64,000 bases of DNA from the sequence record NC_129898.1; one strand, 5' to 3'. Source of the DNA: a phage. Below the pieces are notes generated by a model that saw only the letters and a program-made list of their open reading frames with translations, was not told where the DNA came from and searched no databases. A program made the translations under genes and the position numbers. Of this stretch, positions 9,115 through 18,783 are shown piece after piece (positions within the stretch are counted from its first letter, which is position 1; each line of letters opens with the position of its first letter).

Positions 9115-11430
9115 TTACAGTGCACAACTTTCGCAATACGGATCTTCAACTGAACTATCTGCAATCAAAGGATAGTTCTTTCTGGTTTCATCTTCAGCCT
9201 GTTTCTTCGCGTGAAGCTCCTCTGTCAAAGAGTCACCAGCACCAACCCGAGAGTTTAAGTAATACCATGTCTTCATCCCGAATTTAGTAGCACGGATAAG
9301 ATACCCAAGCTGCTCCTTCATTGAAATTTTACCATCTTTCAACTTGGTGTAATCAATATATAGGTCAGCACTGATTGCCTGTCCTGTGAATTTTTGAATC
9401 ACAGCATACATATCAATCATGTCGTTAGTATCAACGTCCCAAGCCGAGGTATAATACTCTTTCAGTTCATCATATTCAGGAACGATAAACAGCACCTGCC
9501 CTTGTGGTGACTTTTTAAAGATAATGTGTTCACGGACAGGATAAACCCCGTTAGTGGTGTTTGTTGCCAACGAAGAGCTTTCATTAGGCATGTATGCTTC
9601 AAGAACGCTATTACGTAGTCCACCGTTTTCAATAATTTCTTTACGTAACCCTTCCCAATCCTGCTTAAGAGAAGGATCTTTCACCACACTATCGACCTCT
9701 TTGTTATAAGTGTCGATTGGTAACCAACCATCTGGGTATTTTGTTTTATGCATCCACTCGCAGACACCACGCTCTTTTGCCAATCGTAAACTTGCCTTAT
9801 GCAAGCTGTAGCTGTGGAGCTCTGCAAGATCGTGAACAAGCTGTTTACTTTCAGGAGATCCGTAAGCAACCTTGTGGCTGGCAATAAAATGTGCAACATT
9901 GGTAAGGCCAACCCCGATGGATCTGCGTTTTTTAACAGTGCTCTCCATATTTTCATACGGATATGTCATGATTTCCATAACATTGTCAATCATAAGCACA
10001 GTGTAGTATGCAACATCCTCATACTCCTCTGGGGTAACCCTTCCCGCTACAAGAGATGACAGGAAGCACAATGCAACTTCGCCATCATCAACATCGTACT
10101 TGAAGATATTACGCATATCTGAATAGCCTTTTGTCGGGAGGGCTATTTCTGCACACAGGTTACTTGAATAGATTACATCTTTAAAAGGTGTATGTCTATT
10201 CATCTCATCTGTCCAGTACACATACAATCTGCCAACCTCGGTACGCTGAGTGATCAGTTCAACAGCAAGGTCTCTAGCACGGATCCATGTTTTAGGAATG
10301 CTGTCATCTTTAGCAATACGATCAACCTCTGCATCAAACTCCTCCATAGACATGGTGAAGATACCCTCGTGCAGTTGAGGCGCGTGCTTATAGGAAACAA
10401 GCATCCAATCTAAATTCTTAGCCACACGGTTGATAAATGACCTATTAATACCTATAGAGTAGTCCATGGTGTTGATTCTTTTTGAAGCAACAGTCATAGG
10501 GTTTCTCAAACGGATTAGCTCATCAATCTGTGGGTCTAGCGCAAGAAATGATACCGTTGCCGAACCTCCGCGTGATTGTTGTCTATTCTCCTTAACCCCA
10601 GCATCAATACCTCGATAATATGGAAGCTTACCCATATGTTTAATAGTGTTACCACGAACACCATCACCTGCAGATCTTGATGATAAATAGTAGCCAATAC
10701 CTGCTTGGTTAACCGTCATTGTGTACGCAACTTCACGTGCCACACCAATAGATTTTGCTGTATCGTCAGCTTTTATTACACAACAAGATGCATACCCTGT
10801 CTTACCTGTGCGTAGACCGTTTAAGTACGGTGTCGGGGCATTGATCTTTAAGTCTGACAGATAAGTGTATAATTTTACAACATCGTCAATACGGCGTTCT
10901 TTCGGCATATTTTTCATGACAGCCATCGCTATCCCCATGAACATCATCTGTGGGGATTCGAACAGGGTGTCTTTAAGAGTATCCTTGATCCCGTATTTGT
11001 CTCGAAACTGTTTAAGGACTGCATAGCCATAACCAAGGTCTTTACTGTGATCAATAACAGTGTCTAAAGTGTTTAACTCGGTAAAGCTATAACCCATATC
11101 CTCCCAATACCCTTTATCAACCATGGTGTTGTAAAATGATGGTAAGGAAGGGATCTTTGTAAATCCTCCAAAAGCCTCTTTATAAATCTGACCGATAAGA
11201 ACACGACCAGCCATACGAGAATGTGCTTCGTCCTTACGGCTAACACAGGAGTCTATAATAGCTTGGTTAACTTCTTTGGTTGTGCATCCATCATACAGCC
11301 GTTTGTATGCATCAAGTGCAATATGTGACCAATTGCCGTTACCGTCGTCACCGAAAATAGCTGCCTTATTTAAACGTTCCGGATCGAATGCCACTTCACA
11401 TCCGTTGCTTTTAATTACCTTGGTGATCAA
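9115..11430 (-). CDS. nrdA: ribonucleotide reductase large subunit (class Ia)
   Basis: N-terminal ATP cone, conserved 'SNLCAEIALPT' active-site region and C-terminal Cys pair (CESCAL). Confidence 0.9.
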   Translation of the reverse strand: MITKVIKSNGCEVAFDPERLNKAAIFGDDGNGNWSHIALDAYKRLYDGCTTKEVNQAIIDSCVSRKDEAHSRMAGRVLIGQIYKEAFGGFTKIPSLPSFYNTMVDKGYWEDMGYSFTELNTLDTVIDHSKDLGYGYAVLKQFRDKYGIKDTLKDTLFESPQMMFMGIAMAVMKNMPKERRIDDVVKLYTYLSDLKINAPTPYLNGLRTGKTGYASCCVIKADDTAKSIGVAREVAYTMTVNQAGIGYYLSSRSAGDGVRGNTIKHMGKLPYYRGIDAGVKENRQQSRGGSATVSFLALDPQIDELIRLRNPMTVASKRINTMDYSIGINRSFINRVAKNLDWMLVSYKHAPQLHEGIFTMSMEEFDAEVDRIAKDDSIPKTWIRARDLAVELITQRTEVGRLYVYWTDEMNRHTPFKDVIYSSNLCAEIALPTKGYSDMRNIFKYDVDDGEVALCFLSSLVAGRVTPEEYEDVAYYTVLMIDNVMEIMTYPYENMESTVKKRRSIGVGLTNVAHFIASHKVAYGSPESKQLVHDLAELHSYSLHKASLRLAKERGVCEWMHKTKYPDGWLPIDTYNKEVDSVVKDPSLKQDWEGLRKEIIENGGLRNSVLEAYMPNESSSLATNTTNGVYPVREHIIFKKSPQGQVLFIVPEYDELKEYYTSAWDVDTNDMIDMYAVIQKFTGQAISADLYIDYTKLKDGKISMKEQLGYLIRATKFGMKTWYYLNSRVGAGDSLTEELHAKKQAEDETRKNYPLIADSSVEDPYCESCAL

Positions 11431-11657
11431 TTTGCTTCCTCCACTTCATCAACGTATTTATCAAGGCAGGTATCAGTATCTTGTTGGATAAAGGTATCCT
11501 CTTCTACGGAGATATTTATAATTTTACCTGTATACTCGTCATAATAAACATCATCATACATTTTAATATCATTTGTCAGGCCGTTGAACCAAAGCCAACC
11601 AACATACTCTGACCGACTTGCAAAACCAAGATCCTTCCACTTGGAGTTATGACTCAT
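11427..11657 (-). CDS. hypothetical protein
   Basis: Track ORF trimmed to the internal ATG (MSHNSKW...) to avoid a 68-nt overlap with the upstream gene. Confidence 0.35.
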   Translation of the reverse strand: MSHNSKWKDLGFASRSEYVGWLWFNGLTNDIKMYDDVYYDEYTGKIINISVEEDTFIQQDTDTCLDKYVDEVEEAN

Positions 11658-11667
11658 CTTCACCACC

Positions 11668-12168
11668 TTAGCTTTCAATACCGAATAATTTTTCCAGGCG
11701 ATGCAGATCTTCAAAATTGAAAGGTTCATCAACAATATGAATATCTTCAGCCTTTTCAGATTGTTTTGTATACTTTCTTACATTAACACGATCTTCTACA
11801 GGGATATCATACGGAAGATCTTGAACAAGCATTGCCTCACCGGGTGCTTTATCTACATCTAAAATATCTACACCGTTATACATTTGCGGGTATCTAAAGT
11901 CTGCACGCATGACACCAGCAAATACATCTGCCTTTCGATAATGGGTTGGCTTATTTTTGCATCGAACGTTTTTTCCACGAAGAACATCAATATTTTTTAA
12001 ATCAAACCCTACAGCAAAGAGTGCAGCTCGGAGACCGTTTCGTGTGCGAACGTTAAATCCGGGAACAGTAGATAGGAAATCTAAAGTAACTGAAATAAAT
12101 GTCTTTTTAGGAATCATAACATTACTCATATCTGTCTCCATTTCTGGCTCACCAACAAAGTGAGCCAT
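11668..12168 (-). CDS. hypothetical protein
   Basis: 166-aa ORF between nrdA and thyX; no motif recognised. Confidence 0.5.
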   Translation of the reverse strand: MAHFVGEPEMETDMSNVMIPKKTFISVTLDFLSTVPGFNVRTRNGLRAALFAVGFDLKNIDVLRGKNVRCKNKPTHYRKADVFAGVMRADFRYPQMYNGVDILDVDKAPGEAMLVQDLPYDIPVEDRVNVRKYTKQSEKAEDIHIVDEPFNFEDLHRLEKLFGIES

Positions 12169-12227
12169 TATTATAGATTATCTGATGCTATTAGTCAACA
12201 CAAAAGTTACCTATCGCTGTGATAGGA

Positions 12228-13211
12228 TTAACCTTTCATGAAGTGGTTATTAAGCAGCTGTCTGTGCTGAACCCACCCACAAAAGTTGGCAGACCAGAAT
12301 TTACCATCACGGTCTTGATGGGTTACACCTTCCTGCCAAACACAGCTGTCCTGTGTGATTTCACATGAAGACAGGTAGTAGTTTAAACGTTCCATTGCGT
12401 TATCGTGATCCATAGGTGTTGCCTGGTGCTCGTAGGGGCTTGCATGAATACGATCCCCACCAATCAATTTTTTAGCCACACTGTCTGCCTTTTCAAACGT
12501 GCTGTCAATATTTCGATAAGATACTTGTGCACAGCAACTAGCACTAATAGACAGAGCTTCTTTAGTATCGAGAATGCAGAGCTTTCCTTCTGTGTCACGT
12601 ACAGCGTAGTTAAACTCTCCGTCCAAATAAACATGCTCTACATATGGGGTGTGCCATTGACCCGGTTTAAGGATTTCAGGAGTGCTATTCATAATAGCAT
12701 CCTGCATGCAATTAGCCAACATCTGAATCGTAGGATCCGCATCGTGCCAGCAACGTAGGTGGAAAAAATTATTCCACTCGGTGCTTGTTACAACTGTTTT
12801 CATGCGCTGAAACGGCTCTACTAAGCGGTTACATACTTGCTTATGGTAACCAGCAAGGGCGAACTTCTCTGCATGCCAAGCGGCGTTTTTTGCAGCTTCT
12901 TTCCAAAACTCTTCAGGGGTCATCTCCATGTCAGTGTATTCTACACGGATCTTTTGATCGTGTTCCCCTCCATCTTCCATTCCTCGCTTATTTACACCGA
13001 AGCGAACTGGCATTGCCGGATTCTCAACAATCTGCTGCAGCATCTTGCTGACAGGCACTGCACGAGAAGACATGGCGTTTCGGCTGAACATTCGATGTGT
13101 CATAAGCTCTGAGTGAATAATTCGAGGATATTCTAGCTCAAAAGTAGTGATACGCTTACCTTTCTCGGAAATGCTGTCGGCAATAATCTTTGCAGTGCAC
13201 AGTTTTAGCAT
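12228..13211 (-). CDS. thyX: flavin-dependent thymidylate synthase
   Basis: ThyX signature 'THRMFSRNAMSSRA' (RHR..S....S.R family motif). Confidence 0.85.
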   Translation of the reverse strand: MLKLCTAKIIADSISEKGKRITTFELEYPRIIHSELMTHRMFSRNAMSSRAVPVSKMLQQIVENPAMPVRFGVNKRGMEDGGEHDQKIRVEYTDMEMTPEEFWKEAAKNAAWHAEKFALAGYHKQVCNRLVEPFQRMKTVVTSTEWNNFFHLRCWHDADPTIQMLANCMQDAIMNSTPEILKPGQWHTPYVEHVYLDGEFNYAVRDTEGKLCILDTKEALSISASCCAQVSYRNIDSTFEKADSVAKKLIGGDRIHASPYEHQATPMDHDNAMERLNYYLSSCEITQDSCVWQEGVTHQDRDGKFWSANFCGWVQHRQLLNNHFMKG

Positions 13212-13411
13212 TATTTAGCTCTCCTTGTTTTAATTTTGGAAATTTCGTCTGGGTTTATGTTGGCCTTAAATGCAAGGTATCTGTTAAACATATCGGAGCA
13301 CATATCTTGGGTGATCCTAGAGGCATACACCAGCTTACCGCCCAGATCATACACCTCTATCCAGTCACCGTATCTGACTACAGGATCGCCACCTTTAGAA
13401 CATCTGCCCAT
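13211..13411 (-). CDS. hypothetical protein
   Basis: 66-aa ORF, tightly packed. Confidence 0.35.
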   Translation of the reverse strand: MGRCSKGGDPVVRYGDWIEVYDLGGKLVYASRITQDMCSDMFNRYLAFKANINPDEISKIKTRRAK

Positions 13412-13412
13412 T

Positions 13413-14006
13413 TCAAATACCTTCTAAAAACTTCCCTATTTTATACCAGCTGTTAGCGGTATAGTCAACACTAACCTTCAACTCCTCGAATTGCTCGTAA
13501 GGAGTGTCTTTTAAGATTTTAATAACTTCAGGACGTGAAGCGAATTGATTCAGGTATTCATGCCTGTCGTCAATTATAACATCTACAGCCACATTACCTT
13601 TGAAATGTGTGGCGTAGAAGCCGTGACCCTGGGTGTGATCGTCCAGATCCATAAAATCGCTGGTCCAACGCTTTAAGAACCTTGATTTAGATGCAAGGTG
13701 ACCTTTCTTACATACAGAGATAAATGCAAGCTTGTGACCACGAGCCACCAAATCTTTCATAACCTCAATAGCCCCCTCTTCAGGCTTAAGAAAGTCGTAG
13801 AGGAACGGGTCACTCCAGAAATCAAAAGGCCCTATGATGTTTTCTTTGGGGCGATCAGGCCAATACTTTGACAGATCGTAATACATCAGTCCGTTAGAAG
13901 GTTTAGCGACTGTCTTGCTGGCTGGGCCATACAAACGCTCTAGCCATTCCCACCATGCTGTTCCTGAGTCTACCAGTGTTAAATCTACATCAATTCCGAT
14001 CAGCAT
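13413..14006 (-). CDS. HAD-superfamily phosphatase (putative nucleotidase)
   Basis: HAD motif I 'GIDVDLTL' at the N-terminus; nucleotide-metabolism neighbourhood. Confidence 0.55.
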   Translation of the reverse strand: MLIGIDVDLTLVDSGTAWWEWLERLYGPASKTVAKPSNGLMYYDLSKYWPDRPKENIIGPFDFWSDPFLYDFLKPEEGAIEVMKDLVARGHKLAFISVCKKGHLASKSRFLKRWTSDFMDLDDHTQGHGFYATHFKGNVAVDVIIDDRHEYLNQFASRPEVIKILKDTPYEQFEELKVSVDYTANSWYKIGKFLEGI

Positions 14007-14011
14007 TGTTC

Positions 14012-14614
14012 TCAGACCTCTTTAGCATCAATATACTTGCACACAATCTCAGATGCGCACTCCCAAGGAGCTCCCTCAGGGTTAACAACATCAAACTCGA
14101 TACCTTTTATCCCGTTCTTCTCTAGGCTAAGGTAAGTTCTGGAATCATTTCCCCAATCATATCCTGCACGGTGGATACGGAACAGTAGAAGATCGCCACC
14201 TGTGCTGTATGCGTACTCGCCAAGGCATGCCAGCTCCTCTTTGAAGCCACCATCGGAGTAAACAACAACCCCTTTACCTTCAGGGAAATCTTTCTTCAAG
14301 GATGCGACTGCGGCCTTACCGAAAGCATCTTCACCAAAGATAGGTTTAATCAGATTTTCACTACAATGGATCATCCATTCTCGCGGAGAAACATGCTTGC
14401 CGTCTATCATTAAGAACGGGCACGGTTCTTCTTTGTAGCGGCGATCATAAAGTGCATTCCACAACTGTGGTGAAATACCAGCTGCCTTAATTGCCACACT
14501 GAATAGCATTTCCTTTACCTCGCGGTGATGCGAGTTTGGAATGGCTTCCAACAAAAGATCTGCGATATGGTCTTTTCCAGAACTTGGTGGAGCATTAAGA
14601 ACAATAATATCCAT
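14012..14614 (-). CDS. P-loop kinase, dNMP-kinase-like
   Basis: N-terminal 'NAPPSSGKD' resembles the phosphate-binding loop of phage dNMP kinases. Confidence 0.45.
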   Translation of the reverse strand: MDIIVLNAPPSSGKDHIADLLLEAIPNSHHREVKEMLFSVAIKAAGISPQLWNALYDRRYKEEPCPFLMIDGKHVSPREWMIHCSENLIKPIFGEDAFGKAAVASLKKDFPEGKGVVVYSDGGFKEELACLGEYAYSTGGDLLLFRIHRAGYDWGNDSRTYLSLEKNGIKGIEFDVVNPEGAPWECASEIVCKYIDAKEV

Positions 14615-14817
14615 TAAAAACCTCCGTGGTATTCTTCAACTGCATCAATAATACTTTTACACTTATCTACCAGTTCGTTAGCTACTACGGCATCGTCTTC
14701 CCAAACAGCCTCCTCAATCTGATCAAGCAGTGATCGCATCTTATTCATCATTTCTGGAACAAAGCTTTCTGAAAAGCTGTCTGGGATTGTTAACTCTGGT
14801 GTCATTGCGGTCTCCAA
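14614..14817 (-). CDS. hypothetical acidic protein
   Basis: 67-aa ORF. Confidence 0.35.
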   Translation of the reverse strand: METAMTPELTIPDSFSESFVPEMMNKMRSLLDQIEEAVWEDDAVVANELVDKCKSIIDAVEEYHGGF

Positions 14818-14832
14818 TCATACTGTGCGTTA

Positions 14833-15291
14833 TTAGAAGTTTGTTTTTACACGTCCCTTTTCATCTACTTCGTTGTTAGCTAAAAGCGTTACAAAGTCTG
14901 TAAAACGAACATGAAGAACTCTTTTCTTATCCAGGTATCCTAAAGCCACACCTGAGAAATTTACCATCAAAGGTGCTAAAGAAGCTCTAGCACTGAAATG
15001 CTGCTGTTCCACTCTTCCAACACCCTTAGTATAAGAAGGGTTGAGATTGTAAGTTCTGAATCCAAGTTTTGTTGGAGCTTTAGAATTAAAAACAACTTTA
15101 TAACGTTTCTTACTCAGCTTATGTTCCAGAATAAGCATGCCCTTTTCGCCACGGATAAGCTGAAAATCTGTAAAATGCTCTTTTAAGACAAAAGGTAGTG
15201 CCAGCCCCATAGCCTGCCCCCTTTGCACGGCTGTCTCACCAAAAGCTTTTGCATCAGTAAGCTCTTTAGTCAAGTCTATACTTTTGATCAT
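14833..15291 (-). CDS. hypothetical protein
   Basis: 152-aa ORF. Confidence 0.45.
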   Translation of the reverse strand: MIKSIDLTKELTDAKAFGETAVQRGQAMGLALPFVLKEHFTDFQLIRGEKGMLILEHKLSKKRYKVVFNSKAPTKLGFRTYNLNPSYTKGVGRVEQQHFSARASLAPLMVNFSGVALGYLDKKRVLHVRFTDFVTLLANNEVDEKGRVKTNF

Positions 15292-16102
15292 ACCTGGTCT
15301 CCAAAATGTATTGTAGTTCTTTCTTGCCTATACTCTTCATTCCAGCAGTCTTACCTGCTTCTTCTTGAAAAGAAGAATAGCATTCAGCAAACACTCTGTC
15401 AACACCATCAACTAAAGATTTTATGAAATATGTTGATTCTTCAGATTTTGGGTCATCCTTCCCCAATACTTTTCCAGCATTATACCCAACACGCCTTATG
15501 CAGAAGTCGTAGTCATCTGGTGTACTAAAAGAAAATAGCTTATTCTCCCCAATCTCTACAGGATCCCTATTGCACACCTTTTTCTCCCAAATTTGGAAAA
15601 CACATGGCACGTCATAAGGTTTGCCGTTGAGTAAAAACGAGTTCTTGGGGCACCTTTCGCTGTAAATAAGGTGCATCGACATGTCCAGTTTGTTTGCAAA
15701 AAATATTTTTTCAAATGTCCGTGGCAAGATGAAGGCTATAGCCCCACCAGGCTCTAGCAATGATGCACAGTGGTTAAAAAACTTGCAAGCTAAAGACGAA
15801 TTTTTGCCGAATGGAGGATTACCTATGAAGACATCAGCTTTAGGGTACACCTCTAAGAAGTTTGCCTTAATACACGGTGTTGGGCCTTCAAATTCAGGAT
15901 CTGGTACCAAATCGTACGACAGTATCTCTGAAAATAGTTTTGAAAAAGAACCCTTTCCAGCAGAAGGCTCAACGTATGCACAACTCCCATACTTACCTTT
16001 TACTTTACCAACAAGATATTCTGCATACTCAGGGTCTGTGTAATATTTGTCGTTGGACTCTTTCTTGCTCAAGGTGCCTCCAAAATGAAAAGGGAGGCGC
16101 AA
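15266..16102 (-). CDS. SAM-dependent methyltransferase (NPPF motif, probable DNA N6-adenine methyltransferase)
   Basis: Motif IV 'VFIGNPPFGKNSS'. Confidence 0.55.
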   Translation of the reverse strand: MRLPFHFGGTLSKKESNDKYYTDPEYAEYLVGKVKGKYGSCAYVEPSAGKGSFSKLFSEILSYDLVPDPEFEGPTPCIKANFLEVYPKADVFIGNPPFGKNSSLACKFFNHCASLLEPGGAIAFILPRTFEKIFFANKLDMSMHLIYSERCPKNSFLLNGKPYDVPCVFQIWEKKVCNRDPVEIGENKLFSFSTPDDYDFCIRRVGYNAGKVLGKDDPKSEESTYFIKSLVDGVDRVFAECYSSFQEEAGKTAGMKSIGKKELQYILETRYDQKYRLD

Positions 16103-16117
16103 GCCTCCCTCTACTTG

Positions 16118-17101
16118 TCAGATTATCTGAATCAGGGTGTTTTTCATCTCTTCTCGGGTACGGATGTTGTTACGATCACGAACAACAGACCCACAACCTT
16201 CGCAGCGGTAGGTTTTAAATGCACTCAGTTGAGTATACGCCAAAGCCTCTTCCTCGTGAAGGTGTTCTCCACCACAACGTGGGCAACGAACTTTTGACTC
16301 CTCATCTTGGTAGTACAACGACATGTTGGGGTGCTGCTTAGCAAACGGACGCGCCAGCAAATACAGTCCTTCCAGAGACAAGATGTCCCCAACATTATAC
16401 TCCCGCATCTGTTTAAACGCCTCAAGATCACCATGAACACACTTGATCCACATTTCAAATGTGTGGTCAATTAGTTTCTGTCTGGCCAGTTGGAAGTATT
16501 TACATGCATACTCTAACGTGTTTGCATTCAAACGGAATGCCTTTTTAATCATCTTGAGGGTGTCAACCTCTTTGTATGGGCTTGTTGGCGGCAAACCGTG
16601 AAATGCAAATCGTTGGTTAGCCCACCCACAGTCAAAACCAGAGTTGTGTGCTACTGCGACATCACATTTATCCAAATAATACCACAAATCTTGAATCAGC
16701 TCAAGATCGTTGTGGATATCCTCGCCCCACATTTTGTAATCAGGAAGAGCACAGTCAACCACGCTAGGGCTGTCTAACCATTTACCTGCGAAAGTTAGCA
16801 TATAGGGCATAATTTCAATACCGCAGGTTTGAATGTTGGTCTTATAATGCCCAAAGAACCAGCCGTTTGTTGGGGATGTCTCTGTATCATACACCCAAAC
16901 TTTAGCACCTTTGTGTTCTTCAAGGAAGCGCTCCGTTGCCTCTCCTACAATCTCTGACATATTCTCTTGTGCACGTTTAAGCTGTAGCCGGATCCAGCTC
17001 TCACGTGACTCACTACCTAAAAATTCACGAGCAATTTGTCTATTAGTGTATCCCTGTTGCTTCAGTGTTAAAATTTGCTCAAGAGTTAACTTTGTCATCA
17101 T
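16118..17101 (-). CDS. DnaQ-like 3'-5' exonuclease with N-terminal HTH and C-terminal zinc ribbon
   Basis: Exo motifs 'VWVYDTETS' and 'HNSGFDCGW'; C-terminal CPRCGG...CEGCGS. Confidence 0.6.
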   Translation of the reverse strand: MMTKLTLEQILTLKQQGYTNRQIAREFLGSESRESWIRLQLKRAQENMSEIVGEATERFLEEHKGAKVWVYDTETSPTNGWFFGHYKTNIQTCGIEIMPYMLTFAGKWLDSPSVVDCALPDYKMWGEDIHNDLELIQDLWYYLDKCDVAVAHNSGFDCGWANQRFAFHGLPPTSPYKEVDTLKMIKKAFRLNANTLEYACKYFQLARQKLIDHTFEMWIKCVHGDLEAFKQMREYNVGDILSLEGLYLLARPFAKQHPNMSLYYQDEESKVRCPRCGGEHLHEEEALAYTQLSAFKTYRCEGCGSVVRDRNNIRTREEMKNTLIQII

Positions 17102-17113
17102 CGTTAAGATTCC

Positions 17114-17335
17114 TTAGTAAAACTGAAGAATGTCTTTTAAAGCGAAGTCACGATATTCGCCCTTGTCTACATCAAATGCATGCATCAACCACTGCTCTTC
17201 TTTATGATACTCTGTAGATCCAAACCATAAACTAGGCTCAGTAACGCAGCGATCTGCAACAACACCTTTCCAGTTACGGTATTTCATTCTGATCAGAACT
17301 GAATCGCAAGGATTGAATACCTTTTTCATCCCCAT
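17114..17335 (-). CDS. hypothetical protein
   Basis: 73-aa ORF; overlaps the upstream gene end by about 60 nt, so the start is uncertain. Confidence 0.3.
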   Translation of the reverse strand: MGMKKVFNPCDSVLIRMKYRNWKGVVADRCVTEPSLWFGSTEYHKEEQWLMHAFDVDKGEYRDFALKDILQFY

Positions 17336-17879
17336 AGAAATCTCTCTCCTCAGTTTTCTTTATAAACTCCTGCATGTATGCCTCAATAGCCTCATGCTTG
17401 GTGTACTCTGAATTAATGACAAGATCGAGATCCGATTCTGCCCGTGCAATAATCGTAGCCTTAGAGCATCTCCTCAAGAACTTTGTCATATCATCTCTGT
17501 AGTTTTTGTGGAGCGGGAAGTCGCTGTAGTCTTTCTCCAGATAGTCAGCCATCCGGCGCAACGCCTCTGATAAACTGCAATCTGTGTACTCGTTACAGTA
17601 TTTCATCCAGTATTTAAGCACATACCCCTCGAAGGTATTAGTGCATTGGGACAAAACACCCCTGCAACGACCAGTCAGATGATCATGATCTAAACAAGGC
17701 TTACGAAGTGGTTCACACAAGATCGGATCAAGACCATCCTGCTCTTCTGACAATTCTTTTCGAAAGTTGGCTATGTCCTTAGAATCTTTTAGCCACCCGC
17801 TATGAACGGGGGCTTTGACAGCTTTCTTTCTTATTTTACGCTTTGCGATAATCCCTCCAGATGCGCCCTGCCTATCCAA
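17274..17879 (-). CDS. endonuclease VII-like Holliday junction resolvase
   Basis: 'PCLDHDHLTGRCRGVLSQCTN' matches the endonuclease VII zinc/His-Me core. Confidence 0.65.
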   Translation of the reverse strand: MDRQGASGGIIAKRKIRKKAVKAPVHSGWLKDSKDIANFRKELSEEQDGLDPILCEPLRKPCLDHDHLTGRCRGVLSQCTNTFEGYVLKYWMKYCNEYTDCSLSEALRRMADYLEKDYSDFPLHKNYRDDMTKFLRRCSKATIIARAESDLDLVINSEYTKHEAIEAYMQEFIKKTEERDFYGDEKGIQSLRFSSDQNEIP

Positions 17880-18460
17880 TAAGCATCTGCAAGATCGGCC
17901 TTACCTTGTACCAAATTGATCCCATCCAGGAACCCCGGTTCAGATACTTCGCAGGCCTTAACCATCAACTTTTTATCCATCGTAACAGGTTTCTTCACAG
18001 TATGCTCTTTACCTGTCCTTTTGTCAAGCTTTTTCTTCTCCTCAAAAGCAAGTTCTTCAGGAAGATGACTACGAGCAAACTTTTTGGCAGTTGTTGGTGT
18101 CACTGTGTGGACCTTAAACAGGCCGTCATTTTCACAATCTGCTAAAGCATCCCAAAGCATAACTTCAAGACCATAAAACAACCCAGCCAGTTCACGTGTG
18201 GCATCTCCTCGCGATCCGAAGGAGAGCCCTTCCATAACCACGGTGTCAACGCCGTGCGTGTGGATATAATATCTAACCTGTTTGCAGATCCAGTCAATAC
18301 GCTCAGCAGCTGTTGCAAAAGAAACCGTCCCTGGTTTCTTTTCTTTTGCAGACGAGCTTTGGGTTCGTAACACAACCTTATGAACAGGCCTACCATCGTC
18401 CCATACAACGCAGGCCGTGTGGGTAAGAGACTGGTCTATAGACAGCAGTCTTTCTCTCAT
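17831..18460 (-). CDS. RuvC-like (RNase H fold) resolvase/nuclease
   Basis: N-terminal 'LSIDQSLTHTACVV' resembles the RuvC-type first catalytic strand. Confidence 0.45.
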   Translation of the reverse strand: MRERLLSIDQSLTHTACVVWDDGRPVHKVVLRTQSSSAKEKKPGTVSFATAAERIDWICKQVRYYIHTHGVDTVVMEGLSFGSRGDATRELAGLFYGLEVMLWDALADCENDGLFKVHTVTPTTAKKFARSHLPEELAFEEKKKLDKRTGKEHTVKKPVTMDKKLMVKACEVSEPGFLDGINLVQGKADLADAYWIGRAHLEGLSQSVK

Positions 18461-18783
18461 GCTGTCTCCTCTTCATCTGGGGCATAAGCTTTGTCTTTGA
18501 ACAACACAAGGGAGCAAAGCTTAACATCTGTTTCCACACTGGTAAACATGCATAACCGCTCGCCCTCGATCAGCTCACAGTCCTCTTTTAAAACAGCAGA
18601 CCATACACGATCATCTGCGTAATCATCAGTATACAAGATGTATGCAATAGTGTCATCTTCATACAACCGCCACATACCTGTGGCAACAATAAATGTATTT
18701 TTTGTTTTAATGGTGCCTGTTGTATGGTCATCCTCAAAAACAGCTTCCATAATTGCATTATCTACAGAGTTTTTAGTCATCAA
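18457..18783 (-). CDS. hypothetical protein
   Basis: 108-aa ORF. Confidence 0.4.
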   Translation of the reverse strand: MMTKNSVDNAIMEAVFEDDHTTGTIKTKNTFIVATGMWRLYEDDTIAYILYTDDYADDRVWSAVLKEDCELIEGERLCMFTSVETDVKLCSLVLFKDKAYAPDEEETA

